Assembly (NCBI GenBank): GCA_001643675.2
Contig: LSRY02000067.1
Location: 1 to 64,000 of the forward strand
Length of the DNA stretch: 64,000 nucleotides
Reading direction: 5' to 3'
Source of the DNA: Monocercomonoides exilis PA203
Lineage: Eukaryota; Protista; Preaxostyla
A program made the translations under genes and the position numbers. The notes beneath the pieces were generated by a model. The model was not told the DNA's origin and ran no database searches. It saw nothing but the letters and a program-made list of their open reading frames with translations. This document shows positions 13,901 through 28,250 of the stretch, in pieces; the first letter of the stretch is position 1; every line of letters begins with the position of its first letter.

Positions 13901-15298
13901 CACGTCTGCTGGCAGCTCCACCGGTGACACAAACACAACAACCACATTTTGATCAGAAAGATCAACCTGCTGCGAAAGGTAATTGTCATCTGGCGATATG
14001 AAAATATATTCTGTTTTATCTTTTTTTTTGTGGACAATGCATTGTAATTGGAAGAGGATGTGTTTGAAGAAGTTGAAGAAGTTGTCTGTGAATTTTTAAT
14101 TTAACCAATCAAAATCATGTTGAGTGTTGTTATTGATCCACCAATAATGCAATCCTGTGTCTTGTGGTTGAAGATGGTCTTCAAACTTTTTCAATTTTTG
14201 TCTGTTTAGCTTCAAAATCATTTCGCATTATTTTTCAACCATTTTTTTTTAAGATTTGAATGGTCAGTTCTTTTAAATTTTTGGTTTTTCAGTTCTTTCT
14301 TCTTCGATAATCTCAAGAGTCATCTTGAATGAAGATAAAAGTCGATTTAAAAGATAGCCAATAGAAGACTTCGTGCATGCAAAGATCTTTTTGTCCTTGC
14401 TTTTGGTGCGTATGCTTCGACACGCCGCCTTCAGATGGGAAAGAAGTCTGACCGTTTGCACATTCTGGCTGTGTTGAACAAGGCATGGATTCTATTCATG
14501 CGGTGCATGTCGGATTTTTTTGCATACATTTTTCAGAAAGAAATTGCGAGAAGATGCCTTTCGCTTGAGATTATATCTTTGGATTCAAGCCGTTTTGTAT
14601 TTTTTTTGAAGAATAGCAGATTAAGAGATTTCTTTTGAGCATGTCATCCTTGTCGAATGCCCTCAACAAGCAATAGCATTTGCATCGTGACTTTGTTTCA
14701 TCAGTGTAGTCAAAGATAAATAAAGAATTAAACCAACTCCGTTCGCAAGAACTGCAAAATGTTTGTATTTCATTACCTTTGAGTGAAAATCAAAATAATG
14801 AACCATTTCATTTGACCATATTCTGCTTCAAAGCAAAAATAAGTTCAGCGCATAAAGATTTTATCTTCAAAAAAAGCTCTGATGATTCTTCATTTTTCCA
14901 AACGTGATAAAAACAGTGAAATGAAAAGGGTAGTATCAGCAAATGAGAAATCAAATGCAACATGTACCAAGAAGGGCAAATACATCTCCATGCATTTCGA
15001 CAAATGTCTGATTCAATATATATTATATATATATAATAAACAAATAAATACAAATAAAAACAATCTCAAAATGAAAAATTTAGTCAAAGCAAGAATTTGA
15101 ATGGACTTTGAGATAATAAGTTGTTGTGAAACATCTTGGTCAAGACATCACAGAAACAAAAACAAAAAAGGCACAAAGAATCCAGTGGAGGATAAAATAA
15201 GATGAGTAATTGCTAAAAACGCAAATTTGTCAAAAACGCGTTTTCGCATGGAAAAATTTTCAGGGTATGAAAAAACAGTCAAAGAATACAAAGAGAGG

Positions 15299-18200
15299 TT
15301 AAGTTCTCCTTTCTTCCAGAGCTGCCTCCTGATTTCTTTTTAATTCCTTTAGCAATTCACTCTTTTGATTACTTATTTTGTCGCCCTTTCCTAAATTTTT
15401 ACTTGAATCTTCTTCAATGCTACCACTTGAACTACAACTTTGATTATAACTGGAGACTGGTTTATCTTTAACACTATCACCCTTCTTGCACTTTCCTTTC
15501 TTCAATTGCACCTCAAGCGTCGGCCAGCAAAGCCACATTCCCATTGACTTAGAACAGCAGCACTCTCTTGCGTCGTCGCAACAGGGGCAGATACTTTCCA
15601 CCCATACGCCATTCATCCACATCAGAATAAAAGCCACAAAGAACGGGTGCCACAGCAACGCTGGCGACATCCAGAAAGCATGGTGCATGTATGAAATCAC
15701 CAGGAAGAACCCGACGGATCCAATTATATACAAAATAAGTGTGATATAGAAGCACTCACACGAACAGCCTGAGCGCGTTTCTGAAGTCGGTGGAGGAGCA
15801 TATCCATATTCTACCTGAGACCATCCTATCAAAGGCTCTGGATCGTCAGCTTCATCACTCGATTTGCCGTTGTGTGCGGATCCATCCCCCGTTTGTTGTT
15901 CAGCTTCATCTTCATCATTTTCTTTGGCATGTTCATCGTCAGGGATTTCCATTTCTTGAGTTGAATGAGCTTTTTTATCAAGTTTTTGAGTTTCCTCATT
16001 CTTTTTCCTCTTTTGTTTGTTAAAAAAAAGCTCCAAAGGAGAAAGACCAGCATATTCAATTGTCTGCCCTGCTGCTCCTCCCAACGCTCCACCTGCAACA
16101 CACAGCGCAAATAGCCCGATGACAACTCCCTTTCCAGTTTTTGCAACAGCGCAGCCAAGAGCAATTCCCGTAAACAATCCAATGACCATCGATATCACTG
16201 TGGCAATAGCGGTTTGCTTGCCAACGCAAAGCAGGGAGAACAAAGTGAAACCAGCCAATGTGATAACAAATATCGCTGCAAGCGATCCAGGCCAATTTCT
16301 CAGTGAAGCAGAGCTCACAATAATGGCCACAATTAAGCCTATCACTGCTCCAATCCATTCAAAAAATACTTCGCAGTTCTTTTGACTGCATTTCTCTTTC
16401 TCATCATTTCTCTTATTTAGCTTGTTTTCTTCAGTTGTCTGTTGCTCAGAAGCTGCTTCTTTTTCGAATTCCTTCTTCATCAGCTTTTCTCCCACGCTGT
16501 AAGGAGGTTTGCGAGGCGCATATGCAAACAGCGCAAAGAACGGAAGATACACAACAACCATTCCAAGCAACATGTACAGCATCCCAACATCTTCTCCAAC
16601 AAACACAGAAAGTGGTGATTTTGCTTGTTCGATTTCTTTAGAGTTAAGGTCCTCCTTCACTCCCCTTTCAATAAAAGGGAATTGGATATAATTTTTAGGA
16701 GTGAATATTAGTGTTGGCTGATTATCCCACTTTCCTATCAGCTGAGGTCCAACCAGATAGAAAGCAATGCAGTACAGAATAATCACAATAGATCTCCAGA
16801 ACCCAATCTGATAATACGGATAGAACAATCTGATATATCCTTGTGCAAATCTCCTCCAGAATGAAGTTTCTGCAAGAGAAAGTGACGAAACCAGAGGTGC
16901 CTTCATTTTCGCCTCGTCCTTTCTTTCAGCGCTGATCAGCTCGCCTTTCCGAAGGGATCTCGGTCGGAAGAACTCGTACTGCCCATCGCAAGACCCATAG
17001 CCGTTGGATTTGGTGACTCCATATCCACTTGTGTTGGAGGCAATGTTGTAGCGCCACACATCGCAAGAGTAGTTGCATGTTTTGCAGGAATCGCATCCGC
17101 AGCACATGCAGCAAACTTCATCATCAGTGAACCACCTACAACATACAGAGCAAAACCTATCGCAGCAAAAACAGCAGCAGACTGTTGGCTCGTCTTCAAC
17201 TTTTCGCATCATTTCTGGACAGCGATCGCAACAGCAAGTTTCTGATTTTTCCTCTTCTGGTCTCTGCGCATGTTTGAACACAACTGAACGGATGGTATTT
17301 CCAATTATTCTCAGAGACAGTTCTCTGTCATATAACCCCTGTTCAGTTGCTTTTGCTTTTACAGCTTTTTCCACTTCTTTTGCTATTTCCTTTTCAAAAG
17401 CCTTTTTCATCGCTATTTCCATCGCTTTTCCATCTTCCTCTTTTAATTCTTTTTTCAATTTTTCTGTTATTTCTGCACCTTTATCTTTTTTCACTTTTTC
17501 AGCTATTTTCGCTTTCATATGTGAGTTTCCCAGACATAGTGCACAAAGCGGCACAAACCACCCCAGAAAAAGATAGGCAATCATCCCTAATCCAATCATA
17601 TAAAAGAAAAACTGCATCCAGAAAGCTGCATCCAGTACAAGAAAATATCTCCCCATTGAACTAACAGGTCGTGCCGTCATATTCTTCAGTGAGAATAGAT
17701 GCGAATCAAGCTCAATAAATTCACCATCAACTTTTGCGCTAAGTGTGATCCTGTAGAACGGTTGCGTGAATTTACTTGGATCCCACTCAGCAACATACAG
17801 TGGGCTTTCTGTTGGTGCTCCTTCAGGTTTATGCATTTGCACTTCAAAATTCGTTGGGGTCCCATCTTCACAAGTTATACTCACATTCACATCGCTCAAT
17901 TCGTTCTTCCTGGCAAATACCAGTGCGCGAATGTGGGTGGATTCAGCAGCTGCCCAAAACGGTGTTCTCTTAGTTGTCTGCCGTGCATCCATCGGGTTCG
18001 TCACAACACCCCAAGCAAGATACGGTTTATCAGAATTTGCTGTTTTCGATTTAACATTGTTAACTTCCATGTCTTCATTTTCGAGTCGTGCACTCAAATA
18101 AGAGTTAGCTGTTTCGCTCATTTCATTCGACGAAAATGTTATCTCTTCGAATTCTGATCTATCCTCACTTCGATTGTACGCTTTGGCAGCTTCAAGCCCT

Positions 18201-19885
18201 CTTCTCGTCTCCCTTAACGTCTGCTTCTCCTTCTTTTGCTTTTCGTACCTGTCGTATCCCCTCACGAACTCCTCTTCACTCGGCCGGACAAACAAGTACT
18301 TCAGCTCATCAAATCTCCCCACAGTCACATCCAATCGCTCTTGTTCGGGATGGGGATTCAGTTCCTTCCACAGTTTCATCGGGTCTGCCTTCGACTCTTC
18401 CACAAGCAGCGCAATGTCTTCCTCGTCTCCAACAAGATGCACCATTCCGTCCTCCTTCAATTCGGCATGCACGCTCCTGAACACATCAAATTTCACTTTG
18501 TTAAGCGTAAGGTCAAACGGCATCCTTCCTTTGTACCCCTTCGACGCCGCATTCATCACAAACGCTGCAATGTCCGCTTCGCTCGTGTCTGCCCAGTGCC
18601 CTATCCCTTTCGTTTTCTTCAACTCCTCTCGTTTTGAGTTCTTGTCCACGTAGAAGTCGTCAACATAACTTACAATCCCGTGATCCACCGCAATCAGGCG
18701 CAACGCTCGTGATGCTGTAAACGCATCCAGCTCAGCCTCCATAACCTCCCCCTTCCAGATCGGCATGTCCATGTTCCGATAGTGGTGGTGTCCTTCCAAA
18801 AAACCCCAGCAGTTTTTCAGCTCGTTCATTACAAAATCCTTCAAAAACTTTTTCGATTTGGATGTCATCACAAACATCGGGGCGTGCGTGCTCATGAATA
18901 CAACATCAGAGGCTTCGTGCTTAGGCAACTCATCTGAGATGTATTCTTCTCGAGTCTTTGTTTGGTCGCCAAACTTACCCAGATCTCCAAAGTAGTTGAA
19001 TGGGAGAATCATCCCAGGCGAAAGAGTGCTGTCATACATTAGAAATGACACTGTCATCTCTCCAGCCACTTTTCCTGGAAAATCAAAAAAAGTGCCCTCC
19101 GAAGAAACAGAAAACTTCTTCGAATAGACTGTGTCATTTTTAGTTCCGCACGAAGAAAAGTTCGACCAATAATCCTGCTCTGAAAAGAATGTGTAAACCC
19201 CGACGCCTAGTTCATCGATTTAAATGAGAGGAAATGCATATGCAGACATAATGCAGTCGGTTTATGAAAGTAATTTCAGAAAAAACGCTCCGAAATATTG
19301 ATGAAAAAATAAATGAAAATCAAACCATCATGATTTCCTCGAATGTCCAACATTTTATCGCACTTATTGTTTTCGGAGACAAGCGATTCGTTTTCAAGAA
19401 GATTGGAATACCATTTCCATTCATATTCTTCTTGTTTGGTCCCAACAGATGTAGTTGACCTAGAAATTATTACATATTTTCTGTTATAAAAAATTAGCAC
19501 TATAAAGATCTGACAAACATATCTTGTCCATGCGATATATCTCCTGTCAGTAGAAATGCTTTTGGTGAAACAATTTCTTTTGCGTTTTTGATGAATGAAC
19601 TTTTGATATTTCATAAAAAAATATATAAATGTGAATTTTTGCTGAGAAAGTAACTTCATGCCTAAATGAATCAGTAGTGAACCCGTTTTGTCTAAGATGG
19701 ATATCAGATAGTTGGATAAACCACATCAGCCCATCGGTTTGGTCCGCAAGATGAAATGTGCTGTTCTTTCTCGTCTCAAATTTCGACAAATCCAATTTGT
19801 CCAAGTATGCCTGCTTGCCGGAATACCCCCCAAAAAAAACGATAAATGCAACAGCAACCAAAACAATAAGCAATCTTCTCGCCAT
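15299..19885 (-). CDS. TMEM62-like membrane protein with calcineurin-like metallophosphoesterase domain (multi-exon)
   Basis: N-terminal hydrophobic segment, WFIQLSDIH, LLTGD, DIRGNHD and GHHH motifs; TMEM62-type RLIAVDHG, VTNP, HIRALVF and PLYVAEWDP; 1256-aa last ORF with several transmembrane segments. Confidence 0.85.
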
Positions 19886-21599
19886 TTATATTGTTTTAGA
19901 TCGTAGTTAACTTAATGCCCATAACATAAATTTCATTTTTCAATACAAATGTGATGAAAATTTTTTCCTTTGGATTTTTGTTCAATCCATAATCTGACAC
20001 TCTTAACAAAAGATGAAGGAAAAGGCATATGCACACTTAACAGCAATTTCTAATTCTTGCATATTTCGTTTGTTTATTGTTTATAAACATCATTTGTTAT
20101 GTTTTGAGTTATCAAAAACATGCGGAAGTTTATAAGGTGAATGCACAAGATACGACCGGTCATAAAATTGTCACATGGTGTAGCTTCGATAATAACATAA
20201 AGTGATCATAAGTTTTTTTCTGCCTATTGTGTGCGGAAAATGTGATATATGTTATTTTCAATTTTGTAGAAAATTCAAAATCCTGTTCAATTTTAAATGA
20301 AATAAATGTGTTTTTTTTAGGGTTTTTATTTGTTTGCTTTTTTTATCACAGTTTTAATGTTAGAGTTTTATCCAAAATCAACTTGTTAGGGAAAAATTCT
20401 GTTGCATAAATTGCTCAATTTTTTGAAATATAAAAATTATTTAACATTTTTCAAAAAAATTATTTATTCAAATTGGGGTCTTGTTAAATTGAATTTGCTC
20501 AAAGCATATTTGAGTGCATTCTTGTAGTATTTCAATTATTAATCTGTTTATTTAAATTATTGTTGAATGTGATTGACGTTTAAAATTTTTGATCAATACC
20601 AATCTTGAAAGAAATAAAAATTTGATTCATTTGAAAATAAAAGTTTCCGCGCAAAGGAAAGACATAATAACTTTTAGAAACGATGATTATGACATCGTTG
20701 TTAACTGACACGAATTTTTATTAACGGTCGTATATTGTGCAATAACCGTTTGTCAGAGTCAAACCTAGCTTATCCTTTTTGAAATCACACTTTCGATAGA
20801 GTTTTGATCAATAATTCAATCTCAATGGGATTGGTATCAAAATTTGTTGATGCGATAGCAATGTGGCTAAATTTTTTTGTAAAGTTCATTTTGTTTTATT
20901 TTCTCATATGGGTGATTTTTTTTGATATCATAAAAAAAGATCAAAAATCGAAAAAATAATATTAATTGTGGTATTTATTGATCTAAGAGAAAATTGATTT
21001 TTTTGCAAGTATTTAACTTTTATTTCTGTTAAATATATTTTTTTTATTTTCATATGCAAAAACCACACCTTTTTTATGTTTAGAGAGAAAATGGAAAATT
21101 TCAGATCAAGTTTTTTTAAAATTTCAAAAAACGAATAAATAAAACTTCAAAATGAAAAAGTCAAGTTTCTCAACTTTCCAAACAGTACTAATTATTGGAA
21201 AATAAAAATAAAAAGATATTGGAAAAGTTAAAAATATGAATAAATTTTTTTATTTTTTTATTTTTTATTATTTTTTTTTTGATATTCAAAAAAAGAAGAC
21301 TGTTCGAAATCTTTTATTAATTCAGTTTCAATATAACAAATTATCCGTTCCAGTCTAGTGATTCAGTCACTGGATGGAATTGTAGAAAAGTAAATATTGC
21401 CAAGAACAACTGAATAAAATTCTTCTATTTCTCTCTCTTCTTCTGATCTTGTAACTTATAGACTTCTCTCTCCATCCTCTTTGTTCGTCCAAAATTTTCC
21501 ATTATTACTTCTTTTACATTCTCATTCCACATACGCACTTTATCGCTCCTTTATATACAATGGAATTCATTCCATTCATCCTTCGTTTCTTCTTCTCTC

Positions 21600-22200
21600 T
21601 TCTTTCATTTCTTCATTAATTGCCAACTCCCCTGCCCTCTCCCTCTCCCTCTCCCTCACCAACTGCACCATCTCCAACATCGACTCAGCTCCACGACGCC
21701 AACAGATTCCCACCAATGGCGGGTGCATCTCATTCGCCTCATCTGCCCCTGCCAATTCGTTTTCAGCGAGTGATTCCACCTTCTCCACCTGCTCTGTGAG
21801 CGAGGATACAAATTCTGGAGGAAAAGGCGGTGCTCTTATGATCGAGTTCAACCAAGGCTCACAAGTGTCAGAATCCTCCTTTTCCATCACCAATGCGGTA
21901 TTTTCTGATAACAAGGCCAGTGTCGGAAGAGATATGTATTTTGTGTGTGAATCTCTTGTCGCTTCTGTGAAAGAGCCCTTGGTAACTTTCATGACAAGCA
22001 TCTCTCCGAAAGACAACTCGGTTGTTGGGAATGACAGAACAGAAGCATTCGGTGATTGGAATGTCGATTGTTTATGTTTCTCAACGGGCATACAGTTGAC
22101 AATGAATACGTGGAAAGCATACTTGGCATCAGAGCAATGTATTGTTGGACATCAAAGATGCCCTGCAAGAGGACACAAAATGCGACAGGACTTCTGAAGA
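21600..22200 (+). pseudogene. Fragment of a beta-helix-like surface protein family gene
   Basis: Peptides NGGCISF, FSTCSV, GKGGALMI and FSDNKASVGRDMYF; frame breaks near 22070. Confidence 0.55.
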
Positions 22201-23457
22201 AGGTGCAATAGAATGTTGCGAAGATAAAGACAAAGAAGACAAGGAAGCTGAAGGTGAAGAGGAAGATGCAGTTGAAGCAACAGAATAGTTTTTGTGCATA
22301 TAATGCGATAAGAAATTGTAAAAGTTGAAACATGCTATTTCTAATCTTTGTCATTTTCTTTCTCTCTCAATTTCTCCTTCTTCTTCTTCTCTTTTGGAGA
22401 GCTCCTGATCCAGCAAAAGAAGAAATTTGCAGAAAGCGTTGAAGGTGGAAGGAGGTTGAGAAGGAGGAGAGAGAAGAAGAAGGATTAGTAGAAGAGAATG
22501 AGGAGGAAGTGAAAGGAATGATGCATCTTCCAATACCCACCTGATGCTAACAGCCGCATCATCAGAGGACGAGACAATGGAGGGGGACTGGGAAATGAAC
22601 GAAGCAAAAGAAAAGGAAGAAGACGAGGAAGAAGACGAGGAAGATGAATGGCACGATAAGATTACTTCGTATATCTTCAAAGGCGAGTATCTTCTTCTAT
22701 CATTCTCTTTTCCTATTCTGTAGCAACCTCTTCTTTCTCAACTTCTTCTTCTTTATCAAACAGCCGAATCATAAATTAATTTCTCAAAAGTGAACAATAA
22801 TTTCTTCAAAGTATCATCTGATTCTGTTGAAAGCGATAGAAGAAAAATGAGCAAAATACTCATTTCTCTGGTTGTTGTATTTTTGTTGATATATTCCCGT
22901 GCTTGAAAAAAGGATGTTCATCGGTGACGCTGCAGAAAACAACTGCAAGACAAGAACCTCAGGAAAACTGCTTATCATCCAACTTATACAGCCATTTTTG
23001 CTTCTGTCTCCACAAGAAGAGAAAGAAGCTCCATTAGAAAAAATATTTGTTTCTGCCTATAACACGCACGAACGGGCAAATCACAAATGTGAAGAATATG
23101 AGCTCAGCGGAGGTTGTTCAAATTGAGTGAAAATGAAGGAAGAGACAACTTTGTTGATTGGGGAGCGGGCTTCAGATGTGATAGTGATTGATTATGATGG
23201 GCTGAATAGAGCGATCTATTCATTGATGTCCCTTCAGCAGGAGGAGGACATCAAAGAAGAAGAACGTTGTGGTGAACTTGAAGACGTAGAAGATCTGTTA
23301 AAGAATGTGATGCGTGATCATTTTGCAGCTTTGGTTGTTGTTGTGATGAAGTCCATGAAAAAGGTGGCATAATCTTTTTGAAAAGTCGGAAAACTTTAAT
23401 TGTGATCCCATAAAAGATCAAAAAAAAATATCCCACGATAATTTTATTTTTAGAAAG

Positions 23458-26400
23458 ATGACGTTTTCAGATTTGTCTGAAAGCAGAAAGTCTCAACTAT
23501 GTAAAAAACTTTTTAAATTTCTTCAACATCATTCAAAGAATGAGGAAACATCTTTTCTTCTTTTCTTTTTGTACCATTCAAAAAAAGGAAAAGAAATTCT
23601 TGAATTGCTTAACAATAAATTAAATGGTTATATCAATGTTTTTTTATTGAGTTTCATTTTTTGTTTTCTCTTCTTTTAATTGAATAGATAAAATGGAAAA
23701 CATTCTAATTTACGCTGGTTCATTGTACGATATCTTAGACAAAAAGAATAAAATACTCTTGTTACAAACATTTTTGAGATCATTTTCTTCAACTGAACTT
23801 ATAAAAGCTGGCTGGAATTGTACAGCAAATAACATTTTACACGCTGAGAGAATGTTGAAAAGGCACAATTTGGAAATAACTGCTGCATGCAAACCGAAGA
23901 TACCCAACAGTAAAAAACGTTCGTTTTTTTTTCATTTCTCATTCAAAGCTATATTGAAACATAAGCATTGAGTTTATATGATTTTTATTTATGTGAATGG
24001 TGGTTAAGGAAGAACACAAGTGAAAGTTGCAAAGTTCAAAACATTCAAGAAAAAAGAATCTTTAAAGATTTATCAGATGATGACTTTGAATTCTTAAACT
24101 CAAATCATCATTTATCAACAATTGATCAACAATCATCACCAATTTTATTCAATTTTGAAGATATTCAAGCTCTTTCAAATATACACTCCGTTTCAAAGTT
24201 CAAACTTATCAAAAAAAAGAATTTATCTGAGCACACAAAACAAAATTGTCTTATTCATCAAGATCAACATTATTTTCATAAGGATAGTTTAAATGAAATT
24301 ACAAATAATCATTCATGTATTCAACAAACATCCAGATATCAAGAAAATACAACAAAAGAAAACAATCACATTCTTCGTTCAGATCTTATTCATCCTTTCA
24401 ATCACAAACTATTCTGCTCTGCACATTCTCAAACATTATCATCACCTTTTTCTCATTTTCAGCTCACTCCCACATGCAGCGCAGCATCTCCTTATTCTTT
24501 TGCACCATTTCCTTCGCCTCAGCTCACTCCAGCAAGCACCACGTCTTCGCAGCCTTCTTCTTCACCATTTCCTTCACTGCAGCTAACTCCAGCAAGCACC
24601 ACGTCTTCGCAGCCTTCTTCTTCACCATTTCCTTCACTGCAGCTAACTCCAGCAAGCACCATGTTTTCGCAGCCTTCATCTGCACCATTTCCTTCGCCTC
24701 AGCTCACTCCAGCAAGCACCATGTTTTCGCAGCCTTCTTCTGCACCATTTCCTTCACTGCAGCTAACTCCAGCAAGCACCACGTCTTCGCAGCCTTCATC
24801 TGCACCATTTCCTTCGCCTCAGCTCACTCCAGCAAGCACCATGTTTTCGCAGCCTTCTTCTGCACCATTTCCTTCACTGCAGCTAACTCCAGCAAGCACC
24901 ATGTTTTCGCAGCCTTCATCTGCACCATTTCCTTCACTGCAGCTAACTCCAGCAAGCACCATGTTTTCGCAGCCTTCATCTGCACCATTTCCTTCACTGC
25001 AGCTAACTCCAGCAAGCACCACGTCTTCGCAGCCTTCTTCAACTTTTCCTTTTTATTACGACAGGCATAATAATGAAATTATCAATGAAACTGCCTTGTC
25101 ATCACGCTTCTCAAGTTATGCGATTGATGATTCGTCTTTTAATGATATGTATTTAACGAATTCCAACGATTGCATTTCCGAGTTATCTGATAAGTTTGTT
25201 TTCTAAAATATTAAAACATAAATTAAATAAGTTTTTTTATTTCCTGATTCATTCATATGAATTGATTATTTAAAAGAGAAAAAGTTGTTCAAGAAAATAG
25301 AAAATTATTTGAAAAAGAAATGTGGACAAACAATTCTTTTAAGAATACTGATGAAAGTCTCTGTAAATGGTTTAAAGGAGAAAAGAGGATATTCTTTGGT
25401 TCTAAAGATGAATTATTTAGAAGAATGAAATATGAAATTGATGTTAAAATTTGTAGATCATTATTCTACAGATTGGCAGTTAACATTGAAAAGGCTAAAA
25501 GAAGAACCGATATGTGTAATCTGTGCGTTAGAAAAGAATTTTTGGAAAGAAAAGAAAAAACAAAAATTTTAACAACATCAGAATTGCAAGAAATAGAAAC
25601 ACTTAATGTTCATTTCACTATTCAAAAGTTTCAGCGCAAGAAGTTTAATGAAGAAGTCGAGAATCTTCAAGAGAATGAGTTTTTGGCTTTATTGGATTTT
25701 AAGCAAAATTGGACTTTACCTATCAAACAAACTCAAGAAAGCAGAGATTATTACACAAAAAAAGAAATATCACACCTCTGTGTAATCATTTATCATTTCA
25801 AGAAGAGTGTAAAATTGAAGACTTGTTTCCATTTCATCTCTGAAGTTTTGTCGAAAGATAGCCGGTTTGCTATCGATTGCTTGAAGATTGCTCTTCAAAA
25901 TTTACAATCATTAATAAATAATCATTCACATCTGAAAGTGTGGGCAGACTGCGGCCCACACTTCAGAAACGGCTGCTTTCTACATTTCATGCTTCATCCA
26001 TCCTCAACCCTTCTCAAAACATTTGATACAACCTCGCTTTCCTTTTTCGGAGAAGGTCACGGGAAAAGCGAGGTTGATGGGGAATTTGGAGTCCTTGCGA
26101 GAATCGTTCAAAGATCTCGCAAGGACATCTCCACCCTCAAGGATTTGATCACTTTCTTTCAAAAAGCATTCCCAAAAAATGAAAGAAAGGAGGATAAAAG
26201 ATTGGAGAGATTCATCATCAATTACTCTCCCAGAATCAAGCAAAAGACAAGCTTGAAGCTTGTCGTGAAGGATATAAAAACTTATTTGTGTTGGAGATCC
26301 ACTAAAGCACAAATTGAAGTGACTCCTTTTTTCAATTCTTCCGTGAGTAGATGGAGAAAGATCTCATTTGAAAGCGTTTTTCATTTGAACAAAAAACAAT

Positions 26401-26756
26401 CAACAAGCCGTCAATACATTTGCAAAGACGATGTTTCAACAGGGTCCTCAACAATTTCTTTATATAAAAGGAGATTAGAGAAGTTGAAAGTTATTGATAA
26501 AGAGAATGAAGAAGGCAGAATTATTTTTCCAAATAAGCTTTCAACTGAAAATATTGATGATAACGAAAATTACGATGAGACTGAAGATTCTGACATTGAG
26601 CCAATTCGCCGCAAAGTTCTCACTGACCAAAAACAAGTCAACGACAATGCAACAAAAGAAGTTATATTTATTGAAGAAGAGGAAGATGTGGATGAAGGTG
26701 TGATGCAGGAGGAAAAAGAGATGGGAAAGAAAAAATTGAAACGAATGAAGAAATAG
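23458..26756 (+). CDS. Spliced Sola-like DDD transposase of about 1035 aa with an internal 20-aa tandem repeat; apparently intact
   Basis: GT-AG introns at 23627-23687, 23919-23965 and 25194-25276 join the four ORFs in frame (checked by hand). Motifs RRTDMCNLC..H, LLDFKQNW, WADCGPHFRN and GHGKSEVDGEFG. Confidence 0.8.
24501..25040 (+). repeat. 60-bp coding minisatellite, 9 copies (PFPS[P/L]QLTPAST[TS/MF]SQPSS[S/A])
   Basis: Exact 60-bp period; a degenerate extra unit lies at 24441-24500. Confidence 0.97.
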
Positions 26757-26759
26757 AAA

Positions 26760-28250
26760 GGAGAAGATGGAGAAGGTGAAGAAGAGGAAGAAGAGGAAAA
26801 GGAAGAAGAGGAAGATGAAGGAAGAGAAGGAGCAGAGGAAGGAGGAATGGTTTGTGTTGAAGTGGAACTTGGAAGAGAAAGATAAAAAGTGGGGAAAGAG
26901 TTTGAAGCAGCAGTTGTTTCAGAAGGAAGAAAGGAAGAAGGAGGAATATTCGAAGAAGAAGAAGAGGAAGAAGAAACAGTTGTAGCATTAGAAGAAGAAG
27001 GAGAAAAGGAACGAAAATCCTTCGAAATCAACTTATTCGAATTCTCCTTCATCATTTTCGATTCCAATTCCAAAAGCATTGCATATGACTTCTCATCTGA
27101 ATACAACAGCTTCGTCGTCACATTCACACTTGTCTTTCTCGCACTGGCTGTTCTGTTCGGGGTGGAAGCAATCAACATCTTGTCGAGTGTGCAGAGTGGT
27201 TCGAGCGGATCGAGTGGGTCAAGGAGATGGAGTGCCTGTGATAGGAAAAACTGGCCAGAAACAGATGCAGCAATGGATGTGGCAGTAGTGGAGTGGGTCT
27301 CAAGCAGTGTGGAGCTGGTGGAGAAAGAAGGGGAAGCAGAATGGGAACTGTCTGGAATCAATTTGCGGGTACTGAGGGCAGGCGAGAAGGAGAGGAAAGG
27401 CGGAAGCTGAGGTTCTCCCAAGGAAGAATTGTTCTGATTATCTGGAGACATGCTCAATGTATCTGAAGGGAAAAGCCGATTTTCCCCATCGAAGTCAGAT
27501 TTGAAGCGAGCGGAGTCAGAAAGCTGGCCAGCAGTGAGGTAAGATGGCATAAACAGCGTGGGAGAGTCCAATCTCAACGAGTAGCTGAGCACATCAGAAA
27601 CCGCATCGTCGTCCCGCAGCCGCACCGACTGCTCGCGGATGATTGAGTCGTGAAAGGCATCATACTTATATCTTGTGTTGTCTGCCTAACTCTCACTTTT
27701 GGTGTGTTCGAGTGGGAAACAAACCAGTGGCTCTGAAATTAAAGCAGTGTGATGGAGACCAGCAGGCTGCGCTCGAGATAGCTGTAGCTGATCACTTCAG
27801 CGGGGGATTTGAGGGATATTGAAGAAGAAGAAGAAGAAAGAGGAGGAGGAGAAGAGGAAGTAGCAGGAATAGGAGGAGATTCAGGAGGAGAAACTATAAC
27901 AGGATCAGTATCAGGATGTGAATGATGTAAAGGAGGAGCAGTAGTTGCATTTAATGAAGTCACCTTTGACTTCGTAATGGTAATAAGAGGAGTAGAAGGA
28001 GAAGAAAGAGAAGAAGGAGAATGAGAGAAAAAGGAGAATTGGTAGATGAAGATGGAGGAGATGGAGATGGAGAGGAAAAGGGAGATGGAGAAGGAGAAGA
28101 AACAGTTATAGAAGTTGAAGCAGTAGTAGTAGTATAACACGAAGAAGAAGAAGAAGAAAAAGAGTAAGAGAAAGAGTTAGAGTAAGAGGAGGAGGAGGTA
28201 GCGGAAGTGGTTGCAGTAATGGAGGAAGAGGAAGAGGAAGAAGAAGGGGA
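26760..28250 (-). pseudogene. Ser-rich surface-protein family fragment, tail-to-tail with the transposase gene
   Basis: ORFs 26570-27625 and 27739-28140; low complexity, no complete gene model. Confidence 0.4.

Noticed and set aside
15486-18653. Many plus-strand ORFs overlapping the TMEM62-like gene
   Set aside because: They are antisense shadows with no recognisable motifs.
15299-19069. Stop-codon reassignment (TAA/TAG read as Gln) to explain the broken ORFs
   Set aside because: Long ORFs read cleanly in the standard code and end in TAA or TAG, and the pseudogenes also contain frameshifts and TGA stops.
24501-25040. Possible CRISPR array
   Set aside because: Units are contiguous with no unique spacers and lie in frame in a coding exon of a eukaryotic gene.
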